Shown here piece after piece: positions 19,912-32,000 of a stretch of DNA of 64,000 bases (within the stretch, counting starts at the first letter, position 1; each line of letters opens with the position of its first letter). Made by a program: the position numbers and the translations under genes. This DNA is from a virus, in IMG/VR virus record IMGVR_UViG_3300008113_005947, positions 11,326 through 75,325 of that record. One strand, given 5' to 3'. Below the pieces are notes generated by a model. That model saw only the letters and a list, made by a program, of their open reading frames with translations, was not told the DNA's origin and made no database searches.

Positions 19912-20622
19912 TTACCACTCTAATTTGTCGTTTCTTTTTGTTGTTCTACCTTCAAATGGTCTAGCGGCAATTGTAGTATCTGCTTTGTCACTCATAATGT
20001 CGTATGCATATACACCCTGATGTGTGATAGTGAATAAATCTGCTCTCATCATAATATCTAAAGGGGCACAAATACCAAACTTTAAAACATGACTCAATAG
20101 ATTTTTTGCCATAGACGGATCAATAGCGTATGCATGGGCACGACAAATAAATAGGTAGTTATGTCCTTCACTAGCGTGTGGGGGTATGGGATATATTTTC
20201 CAACCTTGGTGCGTCCACTCGCTACCACCTAGATATACAATTGTGTTATAGCTTTGCATCTCCTCAAACTTTTTAATCATAACTGCGTCATGTTCTAGTA
20301 TGACTATAGGTTTATCAATATTGGCGCAGTGTTCCCATAAACTAATGTGACTTAATGCACATGCCACTTCACCACGTGTTAAATAGTGGTCAGTGATTTT
20401 CATCATGTTCATTAGTTTATCATTTTTTAAATGCTCTGGAGCTGTAATCACACCGGGGGTTCCGATACCATTATATGCTTCCCAAACAGTATACGGCATG
20501 CCAATTTGACTGCAACTTTCTTGGCATCTGGCGCTGTACATTTCACTGTTCTTGTTACCTTTAACAGTAATTATGTAAGCATTCTCTACTTGTGTAGTAT
20601 TGGTTCTAAATAAATTTAACAT
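19912..20622 (-). CDS. Glycosyltransferase family 25-like
   Basis: GEVACALSHISLW, VILEHDA, AHAYAI, PLD. Confidence 0.85.
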   Translation of the reverse strand: MLNLFRTNTTQVENAYIITVKGNKNSEMYSARCQESCSQIGMPYTVWEAYNGIGTPGVITAPEHLKNDKLMNMMKITDHYLTRGEVACALSHISLWEHCANIDKPIVILEHDAVMIKKFEEMQSYNTIVYLGGSEWTHQGWKIYPIPPHASEGHNYLFICRAHAYAIDPSMAKNLLSHVLKFGICAPLDIMMRADLFTITHQGVYAYDIMSDKADTTIAARPFEGRTTKRNDKLEW

Positions 20623-21224
20623 ATTTTTTCAAAAGCTGTTTGCCATGGATCAGGAACTTTAATTGGTTTGACGTTATGCCAATTGCATTGTATAAAACTT
20701 TCAATAGCCATTCTTGGAGCCATTTGTGCAGATTCAGTGCCGTTCTTATCTTTAAATTTCCAAACAGTAGCATCATCACACAACATAACTCCACCAGGAA
20801 CTAGTAGTTTAAACGCTAGTACTAAATCTGTCAATACTCCGGCTGCCCTATGGTCACCGTCAATGTAAATTAATTGGGCCCTAACGCCACGATTGATTAA
20901 ATCAATTAATCCATCTTCACTATGCTTGCGGATATATTCTACATTCTTATGTTTGCATTCGTTCAAATTATATGTGAAGTTGTTATGTATAACTAGAGGA
21001 TCTTCACTCATATCATTACTGCCCACATGAGGATCGACAGCATAGATTTTAAGATTAGGATTGTGTGGCGTTAGGTTATCTGCTACCCAAAAAGTTGTAT
21101 TACCTTCAAAGACACCTACTTCAATATAAGTTTCAGGTAATCCATATATGTTTATGAGATGGGCGATGTTCTGCATAGAGCCCGCCCCACCACAACTAAA
21201 ATCCATTGTGATTCTATATGACAT
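20616..21224 (-). CDS. Class I SAM methyltransferase (Methyltransf_24-like)
   Basis: IEVGVFEG, AVDP, IYIDGDH, LVPGGVMLCDD. Confidence 0.9.
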   Translation of the reverse strand: MSYRITMDFSCGGAGSMQNIAHLINIYGLPETYIEVGVFEGNTTFWVADNLTPHNPNLKIYAVDPHVGSNDMSEDPLVIHNNFTYNLNECKHKNVEYIRKHSEDGLIDLINRGVRAQLIYIDGDHRAAGVLTDLVLAFKLLVPGGVMLCDDATVWKFKDKNGTESAQMAPRMAIESFIQCNWHNVKPIKVPDPWQTAFEKIC

Positions 21225-23002
21225 TAACGACCTAGTCCACCAAAGTTTGTAGTATCGTCATTGCTAGTTAATTTCAATGGTTGTTGAAGTTTATCTTCTA
21301 CTACCTTTTCGTACTCGCTAAAATCTATACGACCAGGCTTATGTACTTGAATCAAATATTTTGTACTAACTGCAACATTATTAAAATGATTCAATGCATA
21401 GTTAAGTTCTTCTTGTCCTATTTCTCTGCTACGTAGTCTTTCTTGCCAAGGTTTAGTATAATCAAATTGCATATCGCAAATTTCAATATCAACATCTTGT
21501 TCAAATGCAGTAGCACTCTCAGTACCTTCTGTTTGTAATTTTTCCAACAACATGCGTTTATTAAACATGTTAAACATGCCCATAGTAATTACACGCTTAT
21601 GGTCTGGATCATCTAATGCAGTATCACTACGCCAGTGTGGACTTTGTACTTCCCAAATAGCGCCATTGTGACTGATACGATACATTTCTTTCATTGCCTT
21701 GATAAAGTCACTGCTAGTGTCACCCAGATGTTCTATAATATCTTTAGCAACAATATGGTCAAATTCATTATCTTCAAAAGGCCAAGGGAAACTATTCAAA
21801 TCAACAATCTTATCTGGTTTTACTGTAGGACTAATGTCAACATTAACAAATCCATCAATTTTCTTAAGACCACATCCCAAATTCAATCGTTTAGGTACAC
21901 GATCCTCATCAGGCATATCAATATGTTGTAGATTGAATTTTTCTTCTAATTCTGTATACAATGTTTGAAATGTATCGTTCCACTTACTTTTAGTTGTTTG
22001 TCTAAACAGTCTAACTGTTTCATAGTAAGGTGATCCGCGATTCTCAGGACTCTTATATGTCCATGTGTGATAAGGTAGTACGGGTACTAGTACCCAAGTT
22101 TCTTTACCCATACCAGCCGCAATGTGTGCAATACTTGTACAACTTGTGATAACAATATCCAAATTACTGATTGCTGCCATTGTATCTTCCCAACTAATTA
22201 AGAAGTGTTGTAAGTCAGTTACTCCTGCAGGCAAACTGATTAGGTTATGATCCTTTTGTAAACTATAGATTTGTAGTTCGGGATACTTTGCCAAGTTAGT
22301 GATGAAGTTCTCTGGGAAGCGTCTAAACTGTTGATGTTCAAACTTTGGATTACCTGCCCAACGAATGCCAACTTTAATCTTGTCACTGTTAATCATGCTC
22401 TTCCAAATCTCAACACTATCACTGCGTGGTGTTAAGTATGGTTTGCTTGGGAAGTTATCAAATGTATGACCTGACACCCATCCAGCACTAAAGCCTGGCA
22501 CCCAGTAATCGTGTGATACAGTACTTGCTTGGTTGCGTAATATAACTTTATCTACGCCTTCAATACGTTCAAATACACTTACTAATTCTGGTGCAGCCGC
22601 AATATAAACTTTATCTGCACCGTTGTTCTTAAAGCTAGTCGCAAAACGACTGTGAATAATTTCATCACCATAACCACCTTCTAGTGATACGATAATGCTT
22701 TTACCTTTAATACTATGTTGGTCTGGATTAAAAATTGGTGCGTCTGTACGCAATGGTGGGCTACCATATACATTTAGAAAACGTCCATTTTCTAAATACT
22801 GACAACCTTTTTGATATTCTCCGTCTTGTATTAAGAACCAACCTCTATTAAAACAATGACGCATCCAAATGTCTTGGGTGTTTTTACCATTCGGGTCAAG
22901 AATCTTTTCAGGTCCGATATTTTCTAGTTTGTCACTTAATACTCTTGCTTCTTCGTGTCTGCCCTCTAACTGGAGCTTCAACATCTCATCTATTTCATGC
23001 AT
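21224..23002 (-). CDS. Fusion: TPR-like/GT-B (GT9-like) glycosyltransferase plus C-terminal SAM methyltransferase
   Basis: EGGYGDEI, KVGIRWAGNP, LDIVITSCTSIAHIAAGMGK; then RLNLGCG...NVDI...IIEHL. Confidence 0.8.
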   Translation of the reverse strand: MHEIDEMLKLQLEGRHEEARVLSDKLENIGPEKILDPNGKNTQDIWMRHCFNRGWFLIQDGEYQKGCQYLENGRFLNVYGSPPLRTDAPIFNPDQHSIKGKSIIVSLEGGYGDEIIHSRFATSFKNNGADKVYIAAAPELVSVFERIEGVDKVILRNQASTVSHDYWVPGFSAGWVSGHTFDNFPSKPYLTPRSDSVEIWKSMINSDKIKVGIRWAGNPKFEHQQFRRFPENFITNLAKYPELQIYSLQKDHNLISLPAGVTDLQHFLISWEDTMAAISNLDIVITSCTSIAHIAAGMGKETWVLVPVLPYHTWTYKSPENRGSPYYETVRLFRQTTKSKWNDTFQTLYTELEEKFNLQHIDMPDEDRVPKRLNLGCGLKKIDGFVNVDISPTVKPDKIVDLNSFPWPFEDNEFDHIVAKDIIEHLGDTSSDFIKAMKEMYRISHNGAIWEVQSPHWRSDTALDDPDHKRVITMGMFNMFNKRMLLEKLQTEGTESATAFEQDVDIEICDMQFDYTKPWQERLRSREIGQEELNYALNHFNNVAVSTKYLIQVHKPGRIDFSEYEKVVEDKLQQPLKLTSNDDTTNFGGLGR

Positions 23003-23036
23003 GTTTTTCCTCTTTTATAAAGTAATGTAGATACAC

Positions 23037-23044
23037 TACTTATT
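23037..23044 (-). promoter_or_regulatory. Late-promoter-like AATAAGTA
   Basis: Intergenic, upstream of the AGAGGA RBS of the GT/MT fusion gene. Confidence 0.4.
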
Positions 23045-23059
23045 CAGGAAAAACACTGT

Positions 23060-26000
23060 TTATATATTTTTTATGAAGCCACCGCCAGTGCCACCACTAC
23101 CCACTGTAGAAGGTGATGATACTACCGAAGAACCTATTTGTATTGGGCTAGACACATATACAGCATAACTATTTGTTCCGGATTGATGTAAATCGTTTCT
23201 TCCCCAGAAGTATAATGCATTGTTAGTATCAGTAATCAAACTGAATTCATTACCTGCACGAACTTGTGTCCAGCTACCGGAAGCTACTACTACTGGACTA
23301 CTATTTATTATTCCAGTTAAACCAGTATTCACTTGCACCGGGCTTGATTTATTTACAGTGGTATTATCACCCATCCCTCCGTATGTATTAAATCCCCAAA
23401 GCCATATTTGTGAGAATTTATCTATATAACCACCAACGTTGCCGCTTTGTGCTATACTAACAACATTACCTGATGCTGTTATTTGTACTGGACTACTGCG
23501 ATATATCGTAGTATTATCACCTAATTCTCCTTGAAGATTATAGCCCCATGCCCATAAGTTATTATTGATATCTATAGCAAATGCATTCTCTACATTAGTA
23601 CCTTTAGATACTACTTGTTTAAATAAACTTGAACTTGCTACTTGTACTGGACTACTTCTACGAACAGTATTGTTATCACCTACACCCCCGTTTTGACCAA
23701 GACCTGTAGCAAATATTTGTCCAGTAGCTCTTAAAAGATATATGTTATTGATGCTAGCTGCCACTTGTATATGCTTTTCAGTACCAATTTGATATGGACT
23801 ACTTCTATCAATAGTAGTGTTGTCTCCCAACTGACCGTAAATATTTCTACCCCAAGACCAGGCTATGTTATCAGTATCAAGTGCAACGGTGAAGCCACTA
23901 TCGCTAACTGCAACTTGCAACCAACGTTTACTTGCAAATACTTGTACTGGGCTACTGCGTGATATAATAGTGGCATCACCCAATTGACCAGCACTATTAT
24001 CACCCCATGCCCACAATGTATTATCTGGTTTAATTGCAAAAACAAAAGTTTGTACATAAGTCGCGGCACAGACTGATGCCCAAGAACCTGGTATTTGTAC
24101 AGGGCTACTTCTAGCAATTCTATCTCCCTGTACTAATTGTCCTGCGGCGTTTTGGCCCCAGGCCCATAATGTATAATTTGTTTTAATAGCATAAGTAGCG
24201 CCTGCTGTGGCGTAACTAGCGCAGTCAACTATAATCCAGCTTCCGCCACCGGATACCTGTACAGGACTACTACGTGTTATTGTAGTGTTATCTCCCAATA
24301 CTCCATAATTGTTATAGCCGGTAGCCCATAATGTTCCGTCGTTTCTAATTGCATGTCTGACATAGCCACCACCACCACTGCCGCCACTATATTGCCATCC
24401 TGCATTATTACCAGCACCAATACCAATTGGCATAGGATTTACTCCGGCTGAACTTCCCCATCCAAATAGTCTACTATCTCTAGTTATGCCTAATGTATGA
24501 CTATAACCAGCACTAACTTGTGACCAACTACTATTGCCTATTTGATTTATCCCTGCTATATAAGTTTGACTTAAGCCGCCAACAGTTATAGGTGTACTTG
24601 TTGTTGTCACCGTTGAGTTATCAGCTAATTGACCAAGACCGTCAGTTCCCCAGACATATAATAGACCATCAGTTTTCAGAGCCGTTACATAGGACGCTCC
24701 CACGCCCACCGTAATAAAACTTAAACCTATTGTAGTTCTAAGTTTGTTAGGATATATGAATGGATTTTGGCCTACAGTATTAATTTGTACTGGGCCAGCA
24801 ATTAATCCAGTAGTATTATTTCCTATATTACCTACTGGATTATTTCCCCATGCAAATAATAATCCATCACTTCTTATAGCACTTACATAAATTGCATCAT
24901 AATATGCAGTAGGCGTTCTACCTACAATTGGATAGGTATTATAGTTTGCAATTTTTGCGACTGATACTGCAATCCAGCTACTTGTTCCTATTTGCACAGG
25001 ACTACTGCGATATATTGTAGTATTATTACCTAATTGACCATTGGGGCCATTATTTCCCCAAGCCCATAATGTAAAATCTGCTTTAATAGCAAATGTTGTG
25101 CCACCACCAGTTGATACTGCAATCCAGCTACTTGTTCCTATTTGTACAGGACTAGAATAAAAAGCAAACGTATTTGCTGTATACACTGAATCAAGTTGAA
25201 CTGGGCTACTTTTTGACACAACCGTGTTATCTCCGAGTTGACCCGTAAGACCATTGCCCCATACAAACAATCTGTTAGTAGTACCATCATTCAATAGACC
25301 GATAGCAACACCATTATTACCAGTACCAGACCCGATAGATACCCAACTACTTGTACCTATTTGCACAGGACTACTACGTGTGATTGTAGTGCCATCACCT
25401 AGCTGACCAACATTACCAAGTCCCCAAGACCATATTGTACCAGTTGTTGTTCTAGCTATGTATGAGCCGGCGCTACTAAAAATTGATACAATTTGTGTAA
25501 AGGAATACCCGGACATAATTTGCACTGGACTACTACGATACAATAGATGATTTGAATCATCTCCAAATTCTCCATAATTATTCCATCCACCTATGTTGTA
25601 TAATTGTCCTAATGTATTAATTGCGGCTTTAGTATATACTGCTATTGCTACACTACTCCAATTATTATTAGAACCAATTTGCACAGGGCTACTACGTGAT
25701 ACGGTAGTACCATCGCCTAATTGACCATACGTGTTATCACCCCATGCCCACAATGTACCATCAGTTTTTATTGCGAGTACACCTTGCGTCCCGGCGCCTT
25801 GTCCACCTTGGGCGGCAGCAGTAGTCCAGCTACCTAAAATTTGTACTGGTCTACTACGTGATATAGTATCATTTTGACCCAATTGTCCGTATAAATTTTG
25901 ACCCCACGCCCACAATGTGTTGTCATCCATTATAGCTATCTGCATTGCTCCAGAATCTGCACCAACACTAAATATCTGCGTCCAACTTGTACCATTAGTA

Positions 26001-29000
26001 CCTATTTGCACAGGACTACTACGAGCGATAGTAGTACCATCACCAAATTGACCTACGTTACTATTTCTACCACCTATAGAAATTAAAAATCCCTTTGTAG
26101 TAATAGCAAATACTGCGATGCCGCCGTCATTGGTCGGAGTACCACTAGATGCTAAAACATACGATGTAGTAGCACTTAATTGTACAGGGCTACTACGATT
26201 TAATGTATCATTTAATCCAAGTGCTCCTGTCAGATTTCTGCCCCATACGTAAAGTAAATTGTTTCTTATAGCTGTAGAAATAGTACCGGCTACAGCATAA
26301 CTCCAAGTATCACTACCCATTTGTACTGGACTACTGCGGCTTATTGTTGTATTATCACCTAATTGCCCATATGAATTATTTCCCCATGTCCATACTGTAC
26401 CATCTGTTGCTAAAGCTAATGTATACTGGCCAGTACCAGATCCGTCTTGACTTCCCATTGTAGCCATAATCCAACTATTAGCCGTTCCTACTTGTACCGG
26501 GCTACTACGGCGTATTGTTGTATTAGTACCTAATTCTCCTTGAGTATTTTCTCCGCATACATATAACTTACCTAAAATGTCAATCATTCTAAAGCCTTCA
26601 CCGGCCGCTATAAAAGTAAAACTACTAGTAGTCATAATTTGAATCGGGCTTGATTTATTAACAAAGGTGTTATCACCCAGCTGTCCATTATTATTAAGTC
26701 CCCATACAAATAATTGACCTAATTTGTTTATAGCTGCCATACCACCTAAACTATTGCCACCAGATACAGCAAGTTTTGACCAAATTGCTAATGCACCTAT
26801 TTGTACAGGGCTACTACGATTTACTGTAGTGCCATCACCTACTTGCCCAAATGAATTGCTTCCCCAACCCCATAAGGTGCCATCTATTCGTATGGCATGG
26901 GCGCAGCCTGCGGCAGCACTAATCACAAGCCAACTACTAGTACCTACTTGTACTGGGCTACTACGTGATATAATATCATTTTGACCTAGCTGGAGACCTG
27001 CTCCCCAGGCCCAAATACTACCATCATACCTTAATCCCATAGTAAGTGCGTTACCTGCAGATATATCTTTCCATATGTTAGGATTTAAAATTTGTACTGG
27101 TTGACTGCGATTTATAGTTGTACCATCACCTAATTGACCCTGGTTATTATAACCCCATGACCATAAATTATATGAAGTATCAATAGCTAGTTTATGCCCA
27201 GTACTAGTGTAATTTGTAGATGCTAATTGTAACCAACTACCACCCACTTGTACAGGATTACTTCTGTTAATAGTATCATTCTGACCTAATTGTCCGTATA
27301 CATTACCACCCCATACATATAATTGTTTTGTTGAGTTAAGAATGTACCCGCCGGAATTGTAGTCACGCAAAGTATCACCGGCAACTATACCTAAGCTACC
27401 AAAATAATTGCTTCCCCAACCCCATAATGTACCGTCTGGTTTAATACCAAAACTATTTCTAGCTCCAGCTGAAATCACACTCCAACTACTTGTGCCTATT
27501 TGCGTTGGACTGCTTATTAAATTATTTGATGTAGCGGCTATTACAGTAAAATCAAAATCCACTGCAACAGGCCATGATTGATTAGTGGTGATTCCTATTA
27601 CACCTACTGGTGGATTGCCCCATGCAAATAATTGTCCATCTGGTGCAATAGCATGAGATTTTAAATATCCTGCACTAACATATGACCATTCATTTCCACC
27701 AACACCTACATAAAAATTATTTGCAGCCACTCCACCAATAGTTGAAACTTGTACAGGGCTACTGCGATTAGATAATGATGAGTCACCTAGTTGACCACTA
27801 GTGTTTAATCCCCAAGCCCATAATGTATTATCTGCACGTATTGCTACATTATGTGATAACCCTGCAGATATCATTTTCCATGAAGGTAGCATTATCAAAG
27901 TACCAACTTGTACTGGACTACTACGGCTAATTGTGGTATTATCACCCAGTTGACCTACAGCATTAATACCCCAAGTCCATATTGTGTTGTCTTGTCTGAG
28001 TGCCATTGTGTGAGAGCCACCTACGGATATCTGAGTCCAACTACTTGTACCTATTTGTATTGGACTGCTACGATTTAATGTATCGCCAAAGCCAAGTTGA
28101 CCCACTGCATTATTTCCCCAAGTCCATAATCTACCTACAGTGTCAATAGCACCTACGTGCAATGCTCCAGTAGTAATTAATGTATTTGTTCCTATGCTTG
28201 TAGGTAAGACTGTAAAGCTAAACCCTGTAAGAATCTGTACGGGACTACTACGATTAATTGTAGTGTTATCTCCTAACTGTCCATTGGCATTATATCCCCA
28301 TGCATATAGTTGACCTGATGTATTAATTGCGTATGTTGTCGCTCCCGCAATGACTCTAAACCAATTAGCTAATGCACCTATTTGTACTGGGCTTGATTTT
28401 GAATTAACCGTATTGTCACCTAAACCACCTACATTATTGTATCCCCAACCCCATAGTGTACCATCTGTTCTGATACCTAGCATGTTGCTATGACCTATAG
28501 TCACTGATGTCCAGCTACCTGCTAGTTGTACAGGGCTACTACGATTTATCGTGTCACCAAAGCCTAATTGACCTGCAGTATTAAGACCCCAAACAAACAA
28601 TCTACGTGAAGAAGTAATTGCGTACCCTACGCCATCTGCTGAGTTAGTACCAGTCTCAACGTATATTTCAGGTGCAGTATTATTGCCTAACTGACTTGTA
28701 GTATTTTCTCCCCAACCATATAATAGACCTTGGGTATTCAATGCAAAGGCATGATAATTTCCTGCAATTACTTGATTGAAACTGGTTGTATTATTAATTT
28801 TATTAGGTACTGCTGTGTACAAAATAGATGATGTACCTATTTGTACAGGACTACTTCTTGTGATTGTAGTACCATCACCAAGTTGGCCGTTAGAATTAAT
28901 CCCAAACGCATCAAGCATGTAATTTGATTTTAACGCTAACCCAAAAGTTGAGCCAAAAGTAAATGTACCTATCTGAGTATAACTTGATGCCCAACGTAGT

Positions 29001-32000
29001 TGTGTTGGACTTGATTTACTAACTGTAGTATTATCACCCAACTGCCCGTATGTATTAACTCCCCAGGCGTATAATAAACCAGATGCATCTATTATCCATG
29101 TCGCTTGTTCGTTATTACATGCTATTGCTAACAAAGGCATATTATATGGGAATAAGCTACTTGATAAACTAGCACTTCCGACTTGTACAGGGCTACTACG
29201 GTCTACTGAAGTACCATCACTAAAACTATAATTATTATTACGACCCCAAGCCCACACAGAACTATTAGTTCTTATACCTATCATGTTTGTAGTAGCCCAT
29301 ACACTAGTCCAACTACCTGTAATTTGAGTTGGATTACTTCGATTCAATGTATCATTAACACCCAATGATCCAACACTATTATTTCCCCATGCATACAATG
29401 TACCAATGGTTGTTATAGCTGCCATTTGATTTACACCCAATGACATTTGATTTAATGCTAAACCACCTGCTACCTGTACAGGACTACTTCTACTTACAGT
29501 ACTGTTATCACCTAACTGACCACTATCATTAGCACCCATAGCCCATATTACATTTCCCGTTGTGCCTGCTGCCTTGAAATTGTTACTATATGTATAGTTA
29601 GGTAAGAAACTCCAAGTTGTTAATAATCCTACTTGTGTGGGAGCACTTCTATTAGCCGTATCTCCCAATCCCAATGATCCTGTGCTATTGTTGCCCCAAG
29701 TATATAATGTTCCTGTACTAGTAACAGCAATGCCATGACCTATTTGTGTCCAACTGACACTAGGAGAAGTAATTTGTACCGGATTACTTTTGTTTATTGT
29801 GGTATTATCACCTATTGCGCCCGAACTATTATCACCCCAAATATATAAATTATTAGTGCTAGTTGTTAATGCAAATGCAGTTGATCCGTTAGTTCTTACA
29901 ACTTTAGTCCAAGTATTCAATGTACCAACTTGTACTGGGCTACTTCTATCAATCGTATCATTTAATCCAAGTTGTCCAAGATTATTTCTACCCCAAGCCC
30001 ATAATGTTCCAGTTGTTGAACCTACAATCATTTTAATTGCTAATGTCCAATCGGTGCCTCCACCTACCTGTGCCCATGAACTACCACCAACTTGTACAGG
30101 GCTACTACGTGATATGGTTGTTCCATCACCGAATTGACCTGAATTATTATTTCCCCATGCCCATAATGTATAATCATTTTTAATAGCGTAAGTATAATTA
30201 TTGGCTGATTTAACACTTATCCAACTTGAAGCACTACCATCGAATGTAGGCAATTGTGTGGGACTATAAGCAATAGTAGCATCAGTACCAGCTAAGACTA
30301 CAGGACTACTCTTATTAACAGTAGTGGTGTCACCAAGTAGGCCTGTGCTATTTACACCCCATACATAAGCTAATCCGCTAGCTGATGGCCAGAAACAACC
30401 AAATGTATATCTAGTCCAAGTTGTATAATCTCTAAATCTTACTCCGCCCAACAATGTTATTGTGTTAGATGTTGTTGCAACTCCTGTCCAATTGGCTGCG
30501 CCACTCATACTACCCCAGTAGTATAAGAAATTATTTTGAGACAATGCAAATGCACCATAGTACCAGCCGTATACAGCTTTCCATGATGTTGTAATAGATG
30601 ATCCTATTTGTACAGGGCTTGACGCATCAGTTGAAGTATCATCACCAATATATCCACCGGTTGCACCTTGATTATTTCTGCCCCATCCCCACATAGTGCC
30701 ATCAGTTTTAATACCGTACATATTAAAGTTGCCAGTATTGCCAGCACCATTCATACTTACCATAGTCCAACTACCTGCAATTTGCACTGGACTACTACGT
30801 GATATAGTACTATTATCTCCTAATTGACCATACGTGTTAACACCCCATGTCCATAACGTACTATCAGTTTTAATTGCGGCTACTTGATTGCTTGCAGGAT
30901 TAGTATATAATGCTAACCAAGTTGTATCACTACCTATTTGTACAGGGCTTGATTTACTAACATTAGTGTTATCACCTATTACACCATCAGTATTAACTCC
31001 CCAGCCCCATAGTTGACCTAGCGAATTTATAGCGTGTGCACCGGCATACCAACCGTCTGTGTTTGTCCAATTAGTTTTAACACCTATTTGTACAGGACTA
31101 CTACGTGATATAGTAGTTCCGTCACCTAACGTTCCACCTGTAGCATTTCCCCAACCCCATAATGTTCCATCGACTCTGATAGCATGAATATGATTTACAC
31201 CTATACTTACTTGTGTCCATAAAGAACTTCCTATTTGTATTGGACTTGATTTACTAACGGTAGTGTTATCACCTAACTCACCTGAACTATTGTCCCCCAC
31301 TGCCCACAATGTTAAATTGCCTTTAATCCATTGTGTAAATCCTTTTGTAAATGTGTTAGTATCAAATCCACCTTTGCTAGCAATACTTTGATAATCAGCA
31401 CCTTGCAATAATCCTAAAGAACCACTAGAAGCTGTTCCCCATGTAAACAATCTACTATTACTATCAATTGCAAACATATTATTATTGCCAGCAGACACAG
31501 TAGACCAATTGCTATTTCCTAGTTGAGTAGGACTCATTATCATCTTTCTAGGTCCACTAGCTACTAATGTAGGCACGCTTTTACTAACAGCAGTATTATC
31601 ACCTAATTCGCCACTTGTGCCCAAGCCCATAGAATACAATAATGAATCTTTGATAAACATTATAGTAGTTTGTGTTAAGAAATTACTATAATTATTAGAA
31701 AGTAAGAAAGTTCCACCTGAACCCATAGATGTTATTTGTACAGGACTACTACGTGATGTAGTAGTACCATCACCTAACTGACCACTAGTGTTTAATCCCC
31801 AAGCCCACAGTGTATTATCGGTACTACGCACAGCTAGGATACTTTGAGAATATACTCCAATTTGTGAAAAACTATTACCTGTTCCTATTTGTATCGGACT
31901 ACTCTTGTTAACTGTAGTACTATCACCTATCATACCGTCATTATTATATCCAGTACCCCATAATGTTCCATCAGTTTTTAATAGGTATGTAGTATATCCC

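Noticed and set aside
510-21968. Short alternative-frame or antisense ORFs (60-170 aa) overlapping annotated genes
   Set aside because: Contained within better-supported genes and lacking recognisable motifs
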